A stretch of 28,843 nt of DNA. Origin: an uncultured bacterium. Lineage in GTDB: Bacteria > Hydrogenedentota > Hydrogenedentia > Hydrogenedentales > JAEUWI01. Shown piece by piece: positions 17,901 to 25,214 of the stretch (the stretch's first letter is position 1; every line of letters starts with the position of its first letter). The stretch spans positions 1 through 28,843 of the forward strand of contig CAXBPH010000064.1 in the NCBI GenBank assembly GCA_963977445.1, written 5' to 3'. Under the pieces are notes generated by a model that saw only the letters and a list, made by a program, of their open reading frames with translations, did not search any database and had not been told where the DNA came from. The position numbers and the translations under genes were made by a program.

Positions 17901-18200
17901 GAGGGCAAGCCAGCCATCTGGTTTTTTCCGCTGGACGAGCCCATATCGCCCGAACTGGACGCACTACTTGGGCCTTCCACACTCGACGTGGCACTCGACG
18001 AACCCATAGCGCCCTACCTCGACAAACTCCTCGGCCCAGCGGTCTCCACGGAAGACGTCCTCAAGAAACTCGACGCCACCTACCGCGAACAAGGCAAGTC
18101 CGCCATCTGGTTTCTCCCGGTGGACGAGCCCATATCGCCCCACCTGGACGAACTCCTCGGCCCCGTGACGCCGCCGTCGGATGTGGCAGAGGGAGGGTGA
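14952..18200 (+). CDS. DUF4062-transmembrane-TPR repeat protein with C-terminal PI.P.LD.LLGP repeats
   Basis: N-terminal KVFISAVSSDL...R...VIHLVGRDYG...SWTQREYDFA (DUF4062 pattern); hydrophobic helix LLYGVMLVGVLILVSLAGFGW; about 11-12 42-aa TPRs (NNLA.LL...R..EAE.L.RRAL.I....G..HP). Confidence 0.85.
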   Translation: MSHVIVPKVFISAVSSDLRAARKVVNEALTQIGCLPVEESILGTEYGEIRTMIERRMADCHAVIHLVGRDYGGEPDQATLPEGQPRRSWTQREYDFAIEHDMNLYVIVCGDNYPYIETLTDESEEKQALQAAHRQHVLTEKHLYHEVADEDALRQRIEQLREPAEAWRAEIEREQAKRRRLLYGVMLVGVLILVSLAGFGWKMDYFGKVLETIPSKTAAEVLDKIADPQELSARLRRHIETRFEADRDAARSREAKWEEIRDLERLRDAALAQVDGLIRTIQDGLAGKPDPIFAEASRIVVGEGPEAAIAYLESHRTNTLARVDQLALQEETAREEKHKALESLLLEAELLKTNLRWDAAQTLYRSIADKAPQWSRARRELGSLLVELARFGDAELHLEAALDLAENEDERALATNAFGIYYVEIANWMEAEPLLRQALEYIEQSYGKESPETAAVLHNLAVCLKDINNIEEAEILMRRALCIDMAHKSPNDSAVARGLNNLGRLLALTNRHNEAERLLRRSLSEYEALYGSNDPEVVPVLSNLGALLLEMNRLSESEAMMRRALSIDELSYGADHPSFSRDLNNLGTLYQTSGHFREAEEYYRRSLAIDLAVYGSENSFVARKLDNLAQLLSLTNRHSEAEPLMRRALQIYEMDLGPDHPDVARCINNLATLLSATGRLQESGPLYRRALSIDSVAYGRAHPNVAIRLDNLAGYLQESMRHLDAEALFRCSLSIDEVSYGPGHPKVATRLNNIALLLVATNRLEFAEVLIRRALAIDEASLGASHLEVARDINNLASLLLSSERLTEVEPLFRRALSINLKTYGGEHPVIAASLNNLASLLYRTNRYFQSEVLFRRALFIREKSYGTFHPDVGQSLNNLAFLLEKQERFLLAEILYSDSLAVFGKSPPSMGAMHSEMVLAVENFYQFLRSSDVPSDDIMQRINRAMSQFDLVVPIVPEVERLLGPTKPVADVLVALDRQYKVEGKPAIWFFPLDEPISPELDALLGPSTLDVALDEPIAPYLDKLLGPAVSTEDVLKKLDATYREQGKSAIWFLPVDEPISPHLDELLGPVTPPSDVAEGG

Positions 18201-18224
18201 GGGGCGCCCGTTGGCCACGAGCAA

Positions 18225-18427
18225 ATTTTCTACCACGAAGGGCACGAAGAGCACGAAGAAGAAAGGGAGAGAGGGACGGACGGAGCTTCCGAGACGCATT
18301 TCCTCCTCGGGCCTCAACGACAGTCTTTGCCTGCGTCGAACACAATCTTGAAAGGCGTCACCTCTACCTCTTCTATTCTTTTCTTCTTCCTTTCTTCGTG
18401 CTCTTCGTGTCCTTCGTGGTAGAAAAT
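18225..18427. repeat. Solo inverted-repeat doublet 3 of the (NNCACGAAG)x3 motif, with no nuclease gene
   Basis: ATTTTCT-ACCACGAAGGGCACGAAGAGCACGAAG (18225-18258) pairs with CTTCGTGCTCTTCGTGTCCTTCGTGGT-AGAAAAT (18394-18427); 135-nt spacer. Confidence 0.95.
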
Positions 18428-18560
18428 ACTCTTCATTGCCAACAACGACTGCTCCACGTCGATTCGCTGTTCAACTAAGTACCCCACAGGATGTATGATG
18501 GGCTCATAGGAATAGTTCGCCCCATTGTGCCATCCAACCAAACGATAAGGATGTCTCAGC

Positions 18561-19040
18561 ATGAAATGGCAAGAATGGCTCGATAAATGGAGCATGAAAA
18601 GTGTCAAACTCAGCGCCGGTTTCGCACAGGTCGAGTTCAGCCCGAATGACCCGGATCGGGACGCCGCGTGGGATCTTTACGTCGAACTACTGACCCGTAC
18701 CACGACCCAATACCTCGAGCCGGAATACGGCGATGAGAAAACGTCGCTGGAAAGTGTCCACGCCCTGTTCAAATTGACGCGCGATACGTTGAAGGTCCGG
18801 GGACGTCATTGCAATGAGTTTGCGAAGATCGGAATCATTGTCCTCAATCAGGTCGTCCGCCCTTTTACCTCGAAATGGCACAAAGCCTCCCTCGCCGGGG
18901 CCTTCGAGGACAAGAAACAGTGCCAAAAATTCCGAAAAGAACTGCGCGCGCTGCAGAAAGATCTCCGAAAATACACCAAGATGCTGGCGGATATGGCCAG
19001 TGTAGAAGACCTGACTGCGCTGGAAAAATCGGACGCGTAG
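18561..19040 (+). CDS. Hypothetical protein, 159 aa
   Basis: TAAGGA RBS; natural-looking helical protein (AAWDLYVELLTR..TQ, VLNQVVRPFTSKWH); no function assignable. Confidence 0.8.
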   Translation: MKWQEWLDKWSMKSVKLSAGFAQVEFSPNDPDRDAAWDLYVELLTRTTTQYLEPEYGDEKTSLESVHALFKLTRDTLKVRGRHCNEFAKIGIIVLNQVVRPFTSKWHKASLAGAFEDKKQCQKFRKELRALQKDLRKYTKMLADMASVEDLTALEKSDA

Positions 19041-19090
19041 TAGGCAGCGGTCGTGATTGGCGGTTTTTTCAGATCCCATCCAAAATTCAT

Positions 19091-20632
19091 TCACTCAGCG
19101 CGCCGCGAGACACTCCGTCCCTCAGACTTGTAGCGCTCCAGGAGCCCGGCGAGTCGGGCAACCACCTCAGGGTGTGCACCCTGAATATTCGTCGTCTCTC
19201 GCGGATCCGCTTTCATGTCGTAAAGTTGCACCGGCGGGTCATCCTCCGTGCCCTTCTCCAGCCAACCGCCCGATCCCGGACCTTCAATATATTTCCAATC
19301 GCCTTGGCGCAGTGCGAAAACACCATCATAGGAGTGGTGGACCGTGGCTTCACGGAGGGTGCCCGTTACGGGTGCTCCCTGGAGCAGGGGTAGCAAATTG
19401 TAGCTGTCCCGTGCGGCATCTTCGGGCAAGGTGGCCCCGGTCAGGGCCGCGCAGGTGGCCATAATGTCGGTGAGACAGACGACCTCATCAGAAGTGGAGG
19501 ACTTCACCCGCTCCGGCCAGCGCACAAGCAGGGGCACCCGATGGCCCCCTTCCCAGATGTCCGTCTTGATGCCCCGATAGATATAACTCGGATTGTGTCC
19601 GTAGGCCCGTACCGAGTTCGGCTTACCCTGCATGTTCTCACCGTCCCTTCCAGGAGACCCATTGTCGCTGGTGAAGATCACGAGGGTATTTTTCGCCTGG
19701 CCGGTGGCGTCCAGGGCTTCAAGCACCTGGCCCACAAACCAGTCCACCTCCATCACAAAATCGCCGTAGCGATGGGCACCGCTTTTGCCAATAAATTCGG
19801 CGGTTGGTGCGATGGGCGCGTGGGGCGCGGTGAGCGGCAGGTACAGGAAAAATGGAGCACCGTCTACCTTGTTGTACGGTACTTCACCACCTTTGGCGTG
19901 GATGAATTCTACGGCCTTTGTCGCGAGAGTCGGCATGACGGCCGTCAGATCCCAACCGTTTACCATAGGGCCCGGCAGGCCAAACATGGACTCGGGCTTT
20001 TCCGTGTCGGGCGTGCCCAGGAGGCGGTCATTCTCGATAAAGCAATAGGGTGGAAAATTGGGTACGTCATCCCCGAAGTAGTAGCCAAAGCCCCGCGCTG
20101 TGGGACCCCCTGCGACGGGTTTTGAGAAATCGATATTGTTGCCCCACGGACCCCGGATCTTCGTGTTGTATTTTCCGAGGGGAAGACGGTCATTGATGGA
20201 GCGGCCGTCTTTCGTGGCCCAATCCCAGCCCAGGTGCCACTTGCCAATACAGGCGGTGGTGTACCCCTGTGCAGACAACATGCCCGGCAGGGTCAGTGTC
20301 GCTGCATCGATAAGGGGCTGGTCCCACGGCCACAGGACGCTGTCTTTCAACGCCGTGCGCCACGCATAGGTTCCCGTTAGGAGGCCATAGCGCGTCGGTG
20401 TGCAGACCGCGCTGGGGGAGTGGGCGTCGGTGAAGCCCATCCCTTGCGCGGCCAGGGTATCCAGATTGGGTGTGGGGATCTTGGAGTCGGGATTCTGGCA
20501 GGCTACGTCCCCATAGCCCATATCGTCCGCGAGGATAAGGACGATATTGGGGCGCGTCCCATCGACCTCAGCGATACCGGGTGTGGCAAGGGCCGCAAGT
20601 AGTAAGGCGATTGGCGCGAAGTGCAGTTTCAT
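19091..20632 (-). CDS. Arylsulfatase (formylglycine-dependent S1 sulfatase)
   Basis: RPNIVLILADDMGYGD, CTPTRYGLLTG (CxPxR), GKWHLG, FTSDNG, WEGGHRVP; start set to MKLHF (20632) with GGGAG RBS and signal peptide. Confidence 0.93.
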   Translation of the reverse strand: MKLHFAPIALLLAALATPGIAEVDGTRPNIVLILADDMGYGDVACQNPDSKIPTPNLDTLAAQGMGFTDAHSPSAVCTPTRYGLLTGTYAWRTALKDSVLWPWDQPLIDAATLTLPGMLSAQGYTTACIGKWHLGWDWATKDGRSINDRLPLGKYNTKIRGPWGNNIDFSKPVAGGPTARGFGYYFGDDVPNFPPYCFIENDRLLGTPDTEKPESMFGLPGPMVNGWDLTAVMPTLATKAVEFIHAKGGEVPYNKVDGAPFFLYLPLTAPHAPIAPTAEFIGKSGAHRYGDFVMEVDWFVGQVLEALDATGQAKNTLVIFTSDNGSPGRDGENMQGKPNSVRAYGHNPSYIYRGIKTDIWEGGHRVPLLVRWPERVKSSTSDEVVCLTDIMATCAALTGATLPEDAARDSYNLLPLLQGAPVTGTLREATVHHSYDGVFALRQGDWKYIEGPGSGGWLEKGTEDDPPVQLYDMKADPRETTNIQGAHPEVVARLAGLLERYKSEGRSVSRRAE

Positions 20633-20670
20633 GGCTACGTCTCCCATCCCATATATTTCCACAAACGACA

Positions 20671-20692
20671 GCGGGGACGTTTCCGTCCCCGC
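20671..20692. repeat. Intergenic GC-rich hairpin (REP-like or mRNA-stabilising)
   Basis: GCGGGGACG-TTTC-CGTCCCCGC, a perfect 9-bp stem between the DUF1080 gene and the sulfatase; no strong U-tract. Confidence 0.6.
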
Positions 20693-20724
20693 ACATCGCT
20701 GGTTTAATTTCCTCTTCAATAAAA

Positions 20725-21522
20725 CTACTTCTTGCTCAGGTCCAGAATCTCGATATTCCGAAACTCGCAGGGGTGGCTTTCGCTCTGCAGGGAAATGGTG
20801 CCGCTGCTCAACATGAGCTCGCCGTCTTTGATGAGTTTCTGCGCGTACTCATCTTTCGGGTCCAACTGGGGTTTTTCGTATTCGAAAACGGCTTTGCCAT
20901 TGACGAAGTGCTGAATATAGTCATTGCCCTGAACCTCCACCTCAACCTTGACCCATTGGTCGCCGTGGTAGGTTTCCGAGCGGGAGTTCACACAGTGGGG
21001 GGTAAACAACGCGTTGTCGATGACCACGTTCGTGCCGGGCGTGCACAGGTTGGCGGTGGTCCGATCTTTGACCCCATCACCACCAAGCAACTGAAGCTCG
21101 ATAGAAACGGGAAAGTCCTGGTCCTTCTCCATGGTGGCCGGGTCCTGGCCGTGGAGCATGATGCCACTGTTGCGGAAGGCCCAGCCGGGACCGTCGGCAA
21201 TTTGCTCGCCCGTAAAGCGATATTCCATACGGAATTTATAGTGGGAGTAGGGGGTCTTGTAGAAGATGTGCCCGAAGGTCTCCTTAAACTCGCCGCCATA
21301 CTTATCGTAGGAAACTTTCATGACCCCATCTTCCACGCGGAAAGTATCGTTCCAGTTTTCCCCGAGGTCGTGGTAGCGAATCTTGGGTGTCCAGCCATCG
21401 AGATTCTTCCCGTTGAATATACTGACCCATCCGTCCTCAGTCTCAGACTGTTTTTCCCCATGGGCATTGCCCGTCAGGGTGCAGCACAAGACAAGGCCAA
21501 GAATCGTGTAAAGATACTTCAT
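20725..21522 (-). CDS. DUF1080 / 3-keto-disaccharide hydrolase family protein
   Basis: Signal peptide; WVSIFNGKNLDGW, RNSGIMLH, SIELQLL, GTISLQSESHPCEFRNIEI; GAAGGAG RBS. Confidence 0.9.
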   Translation of the reverse strand: MKYLYTILGLVLCCTLTGNAHGEKQSETEDGWVSIFNGKNLDGWTPKIRYHDLGENWNDTFRVEDGVMKVSYDKYGGEFKETFGHIFYKTPYSHYKFRMEYRFTGEQIADGPGWAFRNSGIMLHGQDPATMEKDQDFPVSIELQLLGGDGVKDRTTANLCTPGTNVVIDNALFTPHCVNSRSETYHGDQWVKVEVEVQGNDYIQHFVNGKAVFEYEKPQLDPKDEYAQKLIKDGELMLSSGTISLQSESHPCEFRNIEILDLSKK

Positions 21523-21695
21523 GAAGAGACTCCTTCGTTACAGATAAAAAGGGAATGGTGGTGATTGGTTGTTGTACGTTATGGCACCGCAGGGAGTCAA
21601 GCGGGGGAAGCCTATGCGCACGAATACAGCGACCGGAACCACCGTCCCGTCACGAGGCGTCTCTCTCGACCGACTACCTGCCCTATACGCCAGGC

Positions 21696-22418
21696 TCACG
21701 GAAGTTTGGTAAGCAGAATGTCTTTAAATTGAACGGTCATAGGGGGCCCACTGTGTAATTGGAGGGCCAGGATACCCGATAGGTCCTGTGCATTGGTTTC
21801 GTTGTCGGTCACCTCCGCCACGAGGGCATCATTGACGTAAAGCGTCAGCTTGGGGCCCACGCAGACCAGCCGGTACGCGTGCCACGCCTCCAGCGTGAAG
21901 TTCGCTGGACCCTGGGCTTCGGCGATTGCAGTTTCCGTCCGGTTGCCGTCCTTGTCCAACACGGTTTGCTGACCCCGCCACGCCAGGGTGTGTCGCCCGT
22001 GCTCGTCATACAGCCGCACCAGCCAGTCGGTGTCCAGATTGTTATCCACCTGATACCCGGCGACATCGTGGCCTTCAATGACCTTGCTGCGGAATTGAAA
22101 GCCGCCGTTGATGTGGGGGAGGGCTTCCGTCGGCGTTCCATTCATACGAAAGGTCAGACGAAGCTCAAAATTAGAAAGGGATTCCTTTTCATAGACCAGG
22201 TATTGATTGACGCTACAGGGATGGTCTTCGGTAATCTTCGCCGTAATCGCCCCATCCTCGACAGACCAGTAGCTCGGGTCCGGTGTCTCCCAGCCATCGA
22301 GCGTTTTTCCATCGAAAAGTGCTTCGGGTGCGGACAAGGCCGCCCCATCATCAGACTGACTACTCAACGTCCCAAGGGCAAGAAGTAGCGGCAAAACAAA
22401 CAACACATTGCGAATCAT
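21696..22418 (-). CDS. DUF1080 / 3-keto-disaccharide hydrolase family protein
   Basis: LFDGKTLDGW, WSVEDGAI, NGGFQFRS, GYQVD, GILALQLHSGPPMTVQFKDI; start set to MIRNV (22418) after GGGAG. Confidence 0.88.
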   Translation of the reverse strand: MIRNVLFVLPLLLALGTLSSQSDDGAALSAPEALFDGKTLDGWETPDPSYWSVEDGAITAKITEDHPCSVNQYLVYEKESLSNFELRLTFRMNGTPTEALPHINGGFQFRSKVIEGHDVAGYQVDNNLDTDWLVRLYDEHGRHTLAWRGQQTVLDKDGNRTETAIAEAQGPANFTLEAWHAYRLVCVGPKLTLYVNDALVAEVTDNETNAQDLSGILALQLHSGPPMTVQFKDILLTKLP

Positions 22419-22552
22419 GATAGACGAGCTCCCTGAGTCAACCACAGCATGATGCTATAGTGGCACTCCCCGGAACGGTATGCAAGCGTTTAATTTGCGG
22501 CGTCGTAGTCGTCCAATATCACGCCAAAAATAGGGACACCCAAACGCAATAT

Positions 22553-22641
22553 ACAGGCCTAAATCGGTAAAACAGGCATAGATGGATTGAATTTTTCCAT
22601 CAAAATCGGTAAAGTGGCGAATCAATGCGCTACAGGCGCAT
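22553..22641. promoter_or_regulatory. Candidate operator region in the divergent intergenic space upstream of the HTH gene
   Basis: Direct repeat AAATCGGTAAA at 22561 and 22603; inverted GATGGA/TCCATC at 22581-22601; ACAGGC at 22553, 22572 and 22632. Confidence 0.4.
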
Positions 22642-22685
22642 AGAGCGGCTGTTTGTTAGTATTACGGGAAAGGTATAGTGCCCCT

Positions 22686-23156
22686 ATGAAGGATTCGTGG
22701 ACGGCGGAAGAGGTGGCCGAAGCATTGGGCAGTTCCCGGAGAACGGTGCAGCATCATATCTACCTCGGTCGCTTTGGAGACGTGGACAAGCGGGGCCGGG
22801 AGTACGTGCTCACCAAAGCCAATCTGGTGGAATACCTCGGTGAGGCCCGGGCCAACGAATTGATACTCTATCCTGCGGCCTTCGTGCTCAGCGCACACAG
22901 CAAGCGGGGCGTGCCCTGCTCGACCTGGGCCGCCATTCTCATGGCGAAGGACCTCTTCAATCTGATGAATGCCACCTATTGGATCGACGATCTGACGGCT
23001 GCGGGCCACGGTGACCCCGTAGGCTTTGCCATCGATGTGGTCAAGTTTCTTCAGCTCAGGGAGAGCACAGGCGATCAGGACACGCTGGACAGCGATCCGC
23101 TCTACGACCGGACCCCCCAGATACTGCGGCATATCGTGAAGTCGGCGAAGGTCTGA
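22686..23156 (+). CDS. Helix-turn-helix protein (excisionase/MerR-like N-terminus, unknown C-terminal domain)
   Basis: WTAEEVAEALGSSRRTVQHHIYLGRF...KRGREYVL matches the HTH_17-like winged-helix pattern; GAAAGG RBS before ATG 22686. Confidence 0.8.
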   Translation: MKDSWTAEEVAEALGSSRRTVQHHIYLGRFGDVDKRGREYVLTKANLVEYLGEARANELILYPAAFVLSAHSKRGVPCSTWAAILMAKDLFNLMNATYWIDDLTAAGHGDPVGFAIDVVKFLQLRESTGDQDTLDSDPLYDRTPQILRHIVKSAKV

Positions 23157-23195
23157 GCGGTCCTTTGGCATGCCATCATGAGTGTAAAAAGAAGA

Positions 23196-23596
23196 TTCAT
23201 GGGCAATTGGTGGAAAGATTTATTCGGTTTTTCAAGTGCCGGACATACAAGGATGACGCGATTGGTTCTCGCGATACACGTCCCCACGCATCCTTCTACA
23301 CACAAAACCACAAACCATGGATGTGCCGCGCGATCTGGTACTCCAGTTCGTGCGCAAGGGCTGCGGGACGTCATTGGGATCTGTACTTGTGGGAAATTCT
23401 CAAGATGTCACTAGAAACAAAGCACTGTGCCTGACCTCGGCTTTGATGTAGAGATGTAATCGTATCTCACGACCCGCGCACGAATCCTCCAACGGCGCAT
23501 CTTCGACCGGGAATACCGGATCGTGCGGTACGTTTGGTGGGTTCAGGTTGTTTTGGCGAAGTGAGTGTTTGTTGGCAACCATCAATTGCCCATGAA
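23196..23596 (+). ncRNA. Candidate ~400-nt multi-branched structured RNA of unknown family
   Basis: Nested helices: 23196-23213/23579-23596 (18 bp), 23321-23344/23510-23533 (24 bp), 23347-23360/23473-23484, plus local stems; the non-Watson-Crick pairs are almost all G-U on the + strand. Confidence 0.6.
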
Positions 23597-23600
23597 CATC

Positions 23601-23635
23601 AAAAAAGGGCCTCCATCAAGCGATGGAGGCCCTTT
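23601..23635. terminator. Intrinsic terminator, strongest for the minus-strand hisA transcript and probably bidirectional
   Basis: AAAGGGCCTCCATC-AAGC-GATGGAGGCCCTTT; T6 tail on the minus strand, T3 on the plus strand. Confidence 0.9.
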
Positions 23636-23660
23636 CGAGAATTTTATATATCAGACAGGA

Positions 23661-24386
23661 CTACGATGCGGCCAGGGCCACGGACTCTGCAATGGAAAAC
23701 TTCTCCAGATACAGGGCCCGACCGATAATGATCTCATCCACCCCGTCGACTTCCAGCGGACGGACCGCCTTCACGTCTTCCAGGCTGGACATGCCACCCG
23801 AGATAGTCACGGGGATGGTGATGGCTTGGGCCAACTCGCGCGTCGAGGCGATATTGGGTCCCTGCATCATACCATCACTCAGAATATCGGTGTAGATGAT
23901 TCGTGAGGCACCCGCTTTTTCCACATCCTGTGCAAAAGCAATCGCGTCACGTTCCGTGTCTTCCAACCAACCACTCAGGGAAAGTTTTCCCGCCCGGGCG
24001 TCGATCCCCACGGCAATTTTACCGGGGAAGTCTTCACAGGCACGGGCCAGCAATTCCGGGTCGCGATAGGCTGCGGTGCCCAGAATAATGCGATCAGCGC
24101 CGGCATCCAGAATCAACTCGATGGTTTCCCGATTGCGAATGCCACCACCTACTTCATAGGGGATATTGGCCGCTTTCAAGGCCCGGAGTTCTTTTTCCAC
24201 GCAGCAATGACCTGCTTTCGCACCATCCAAATCAACGATATGGATGATACCTTCGCCGAGGGCGTCCCACCAGGTTTGTGCCTGGGCGACTGGATTCTCT
24301 GAGAAGACCGTTTCCTGGTCGTAGTCGCCCTGAATCAGGTTGACACACAGACCGCCACGGATATCGACAGCAGGAACAATACGCAT
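23661..24386 (-). CDS. hisA: ProFAR isomerase (histidine biosynthesis)
   Basis: PAVDIRGG.CV.L.QGDY, HIVDLDGA, VGGGIR, IILGTAA, YTDI..DGMMQGPN, SGG, IIGRALY. Confidence 0.95.
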   Translation of the reverse strand: MRIVPAVDIRGGLCVNLIQGDYDQETVFSENPVAQAQTWWDALGEGIIHIVDLDGAKAGHCCVEKELRALKAANIPYEVGGGIRNRETIELILDAGADRIILGTAAYRDPELLARACEDFPGKIAVGIDARAGKLSLSGWLEDTERDAIAFAQDVEKAGASRIIYTDILSDGMMQGPNIASTRELAQAITIPVTISGGMSSLEDVKAVRPLEVDGVDEIIIGRALYLEKFSIAESVALAAS

Positions 24387-24751
24387 TAAGAAACAGCTTC
24401 CAGGGAGGCTCTCGCCTGCTCAACCAACTGGCTGAAGGTGGCTTCGTCATTCACGGCCAGATCAGCGAGAACCTTACGGTCAAGGATGATGTTGGCACGC
24501 TTCAAACCATTGATGAAACGGCTGTAGGTGAGGCCATTGGCACGGGCACCAGCATTAATGCGGGCAATCCAGAGTTTGCGAAAATCACGCTTCCGTACTT
24601 TACGGTCGCGATAGGCGTATACACCGGCGTGTTCAACCGCCTGAATGGCAGTCTTAATAAGACGGTGACGACTTCCACGGTAACCGGCTGCTTGCTTAAG
24701 AATCTTCTTACGACGTTGTCGTGAAGCCGGATTATTGGTTGCTCTGGGCAT
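24386..24751 (-). CDS. rplT: 50S ribosomal protein L20
   Basis: [44 protein letters not shown]; follows rpmI. Confidence 0.98.
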   Translation of the reverse strand: MPRATNNPASRQRRKKILKQAAGYRGSRHRLIKTAIQAVEHAGVYAYRDRKVRKRDFRKLWIARINAGARANGLTYSRFINGLKRANIILDRKVLADLAVNDEATFSQLVEQARASLEAVS

Positions 24752-24781
24752 AGTTCAAAGTCCTTTCTCATGTATCAAGTA

Positions 24782-24800
24782 CTCCGCTTAGGCAGCGGAG
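24782..24800. other. Small hairpin in the rpmI-rplT spacer
   Basis: CTCCGCT-TAGGC-AGCGGAG, 7-bp stem. Confidence 0.4.
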
Positions 24801-24825
24801 GAATAGGGTAAACGGTTAGCCCAGA

Positions 24826-25023
24826 TTAGACGTAGGGAAGCATGATCTTGACGCGACCAATTTCCGTCTGCTCCACCAAAGTGGATTTGCGCAGCCCACG
24901 ACGACGCTTGGCAGATTTTCCATTCATCAGGTGGCGGGCACCTTGCTTGTGGCACTTGAATTGACCGCTCTTCGTACGCTTAAAGCGCTTGGCAGCAGCA
25001 CGGTTGGTTTTAATCTTGGGCAT
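24826..25023 (-). CDS. rpmI: 50S ribosomal protein L35
   Basis: MPKIKTNRAAAKRFK.T.SG...H...K..KRRR.LR...MLPY; GGAGG RBS. Confidence 0.98.
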   Translation of the reverse strand: MPKIKTNRAAAKRFKRTKSGQFKCHKQGARHLMNGKSAKRRRGLRKSTLVEQTEIGRVKIMLPYV

Positions 25024-25214
25024 TGGATTCCCTCCGTCAGGGGTGCGAAAAAGTTAAACTCAATAGCAAATCAGACCGCGGCGGTGTGTACCACAATGTT
25101 TTCATGCCTACCATACCCGGCGTAGTGCCCGGATAATAGTTGCTGACCACATTGAATGCACCCGCCTCAAAGACGAGACGCGTTTAACGTCAAGGTTTCT
25201 ACCGTTGCGTGATG

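Noticed and set aside
23196..23596. tmRNA, RNase P RNA, retron msr-msd or group I/II intron
   Set aside because: No tRNA-like ends or CCA, no GAGGAAAGTCC, no reverse transcriptase nearby, and no recognisable intron core or terminal motifs.
23102..23728. Short ORFs in the HTH-hisA gap
   Set aside because: Overlapping in several frames, no good RBS, unnatural composition; RNA structure explains the region better.
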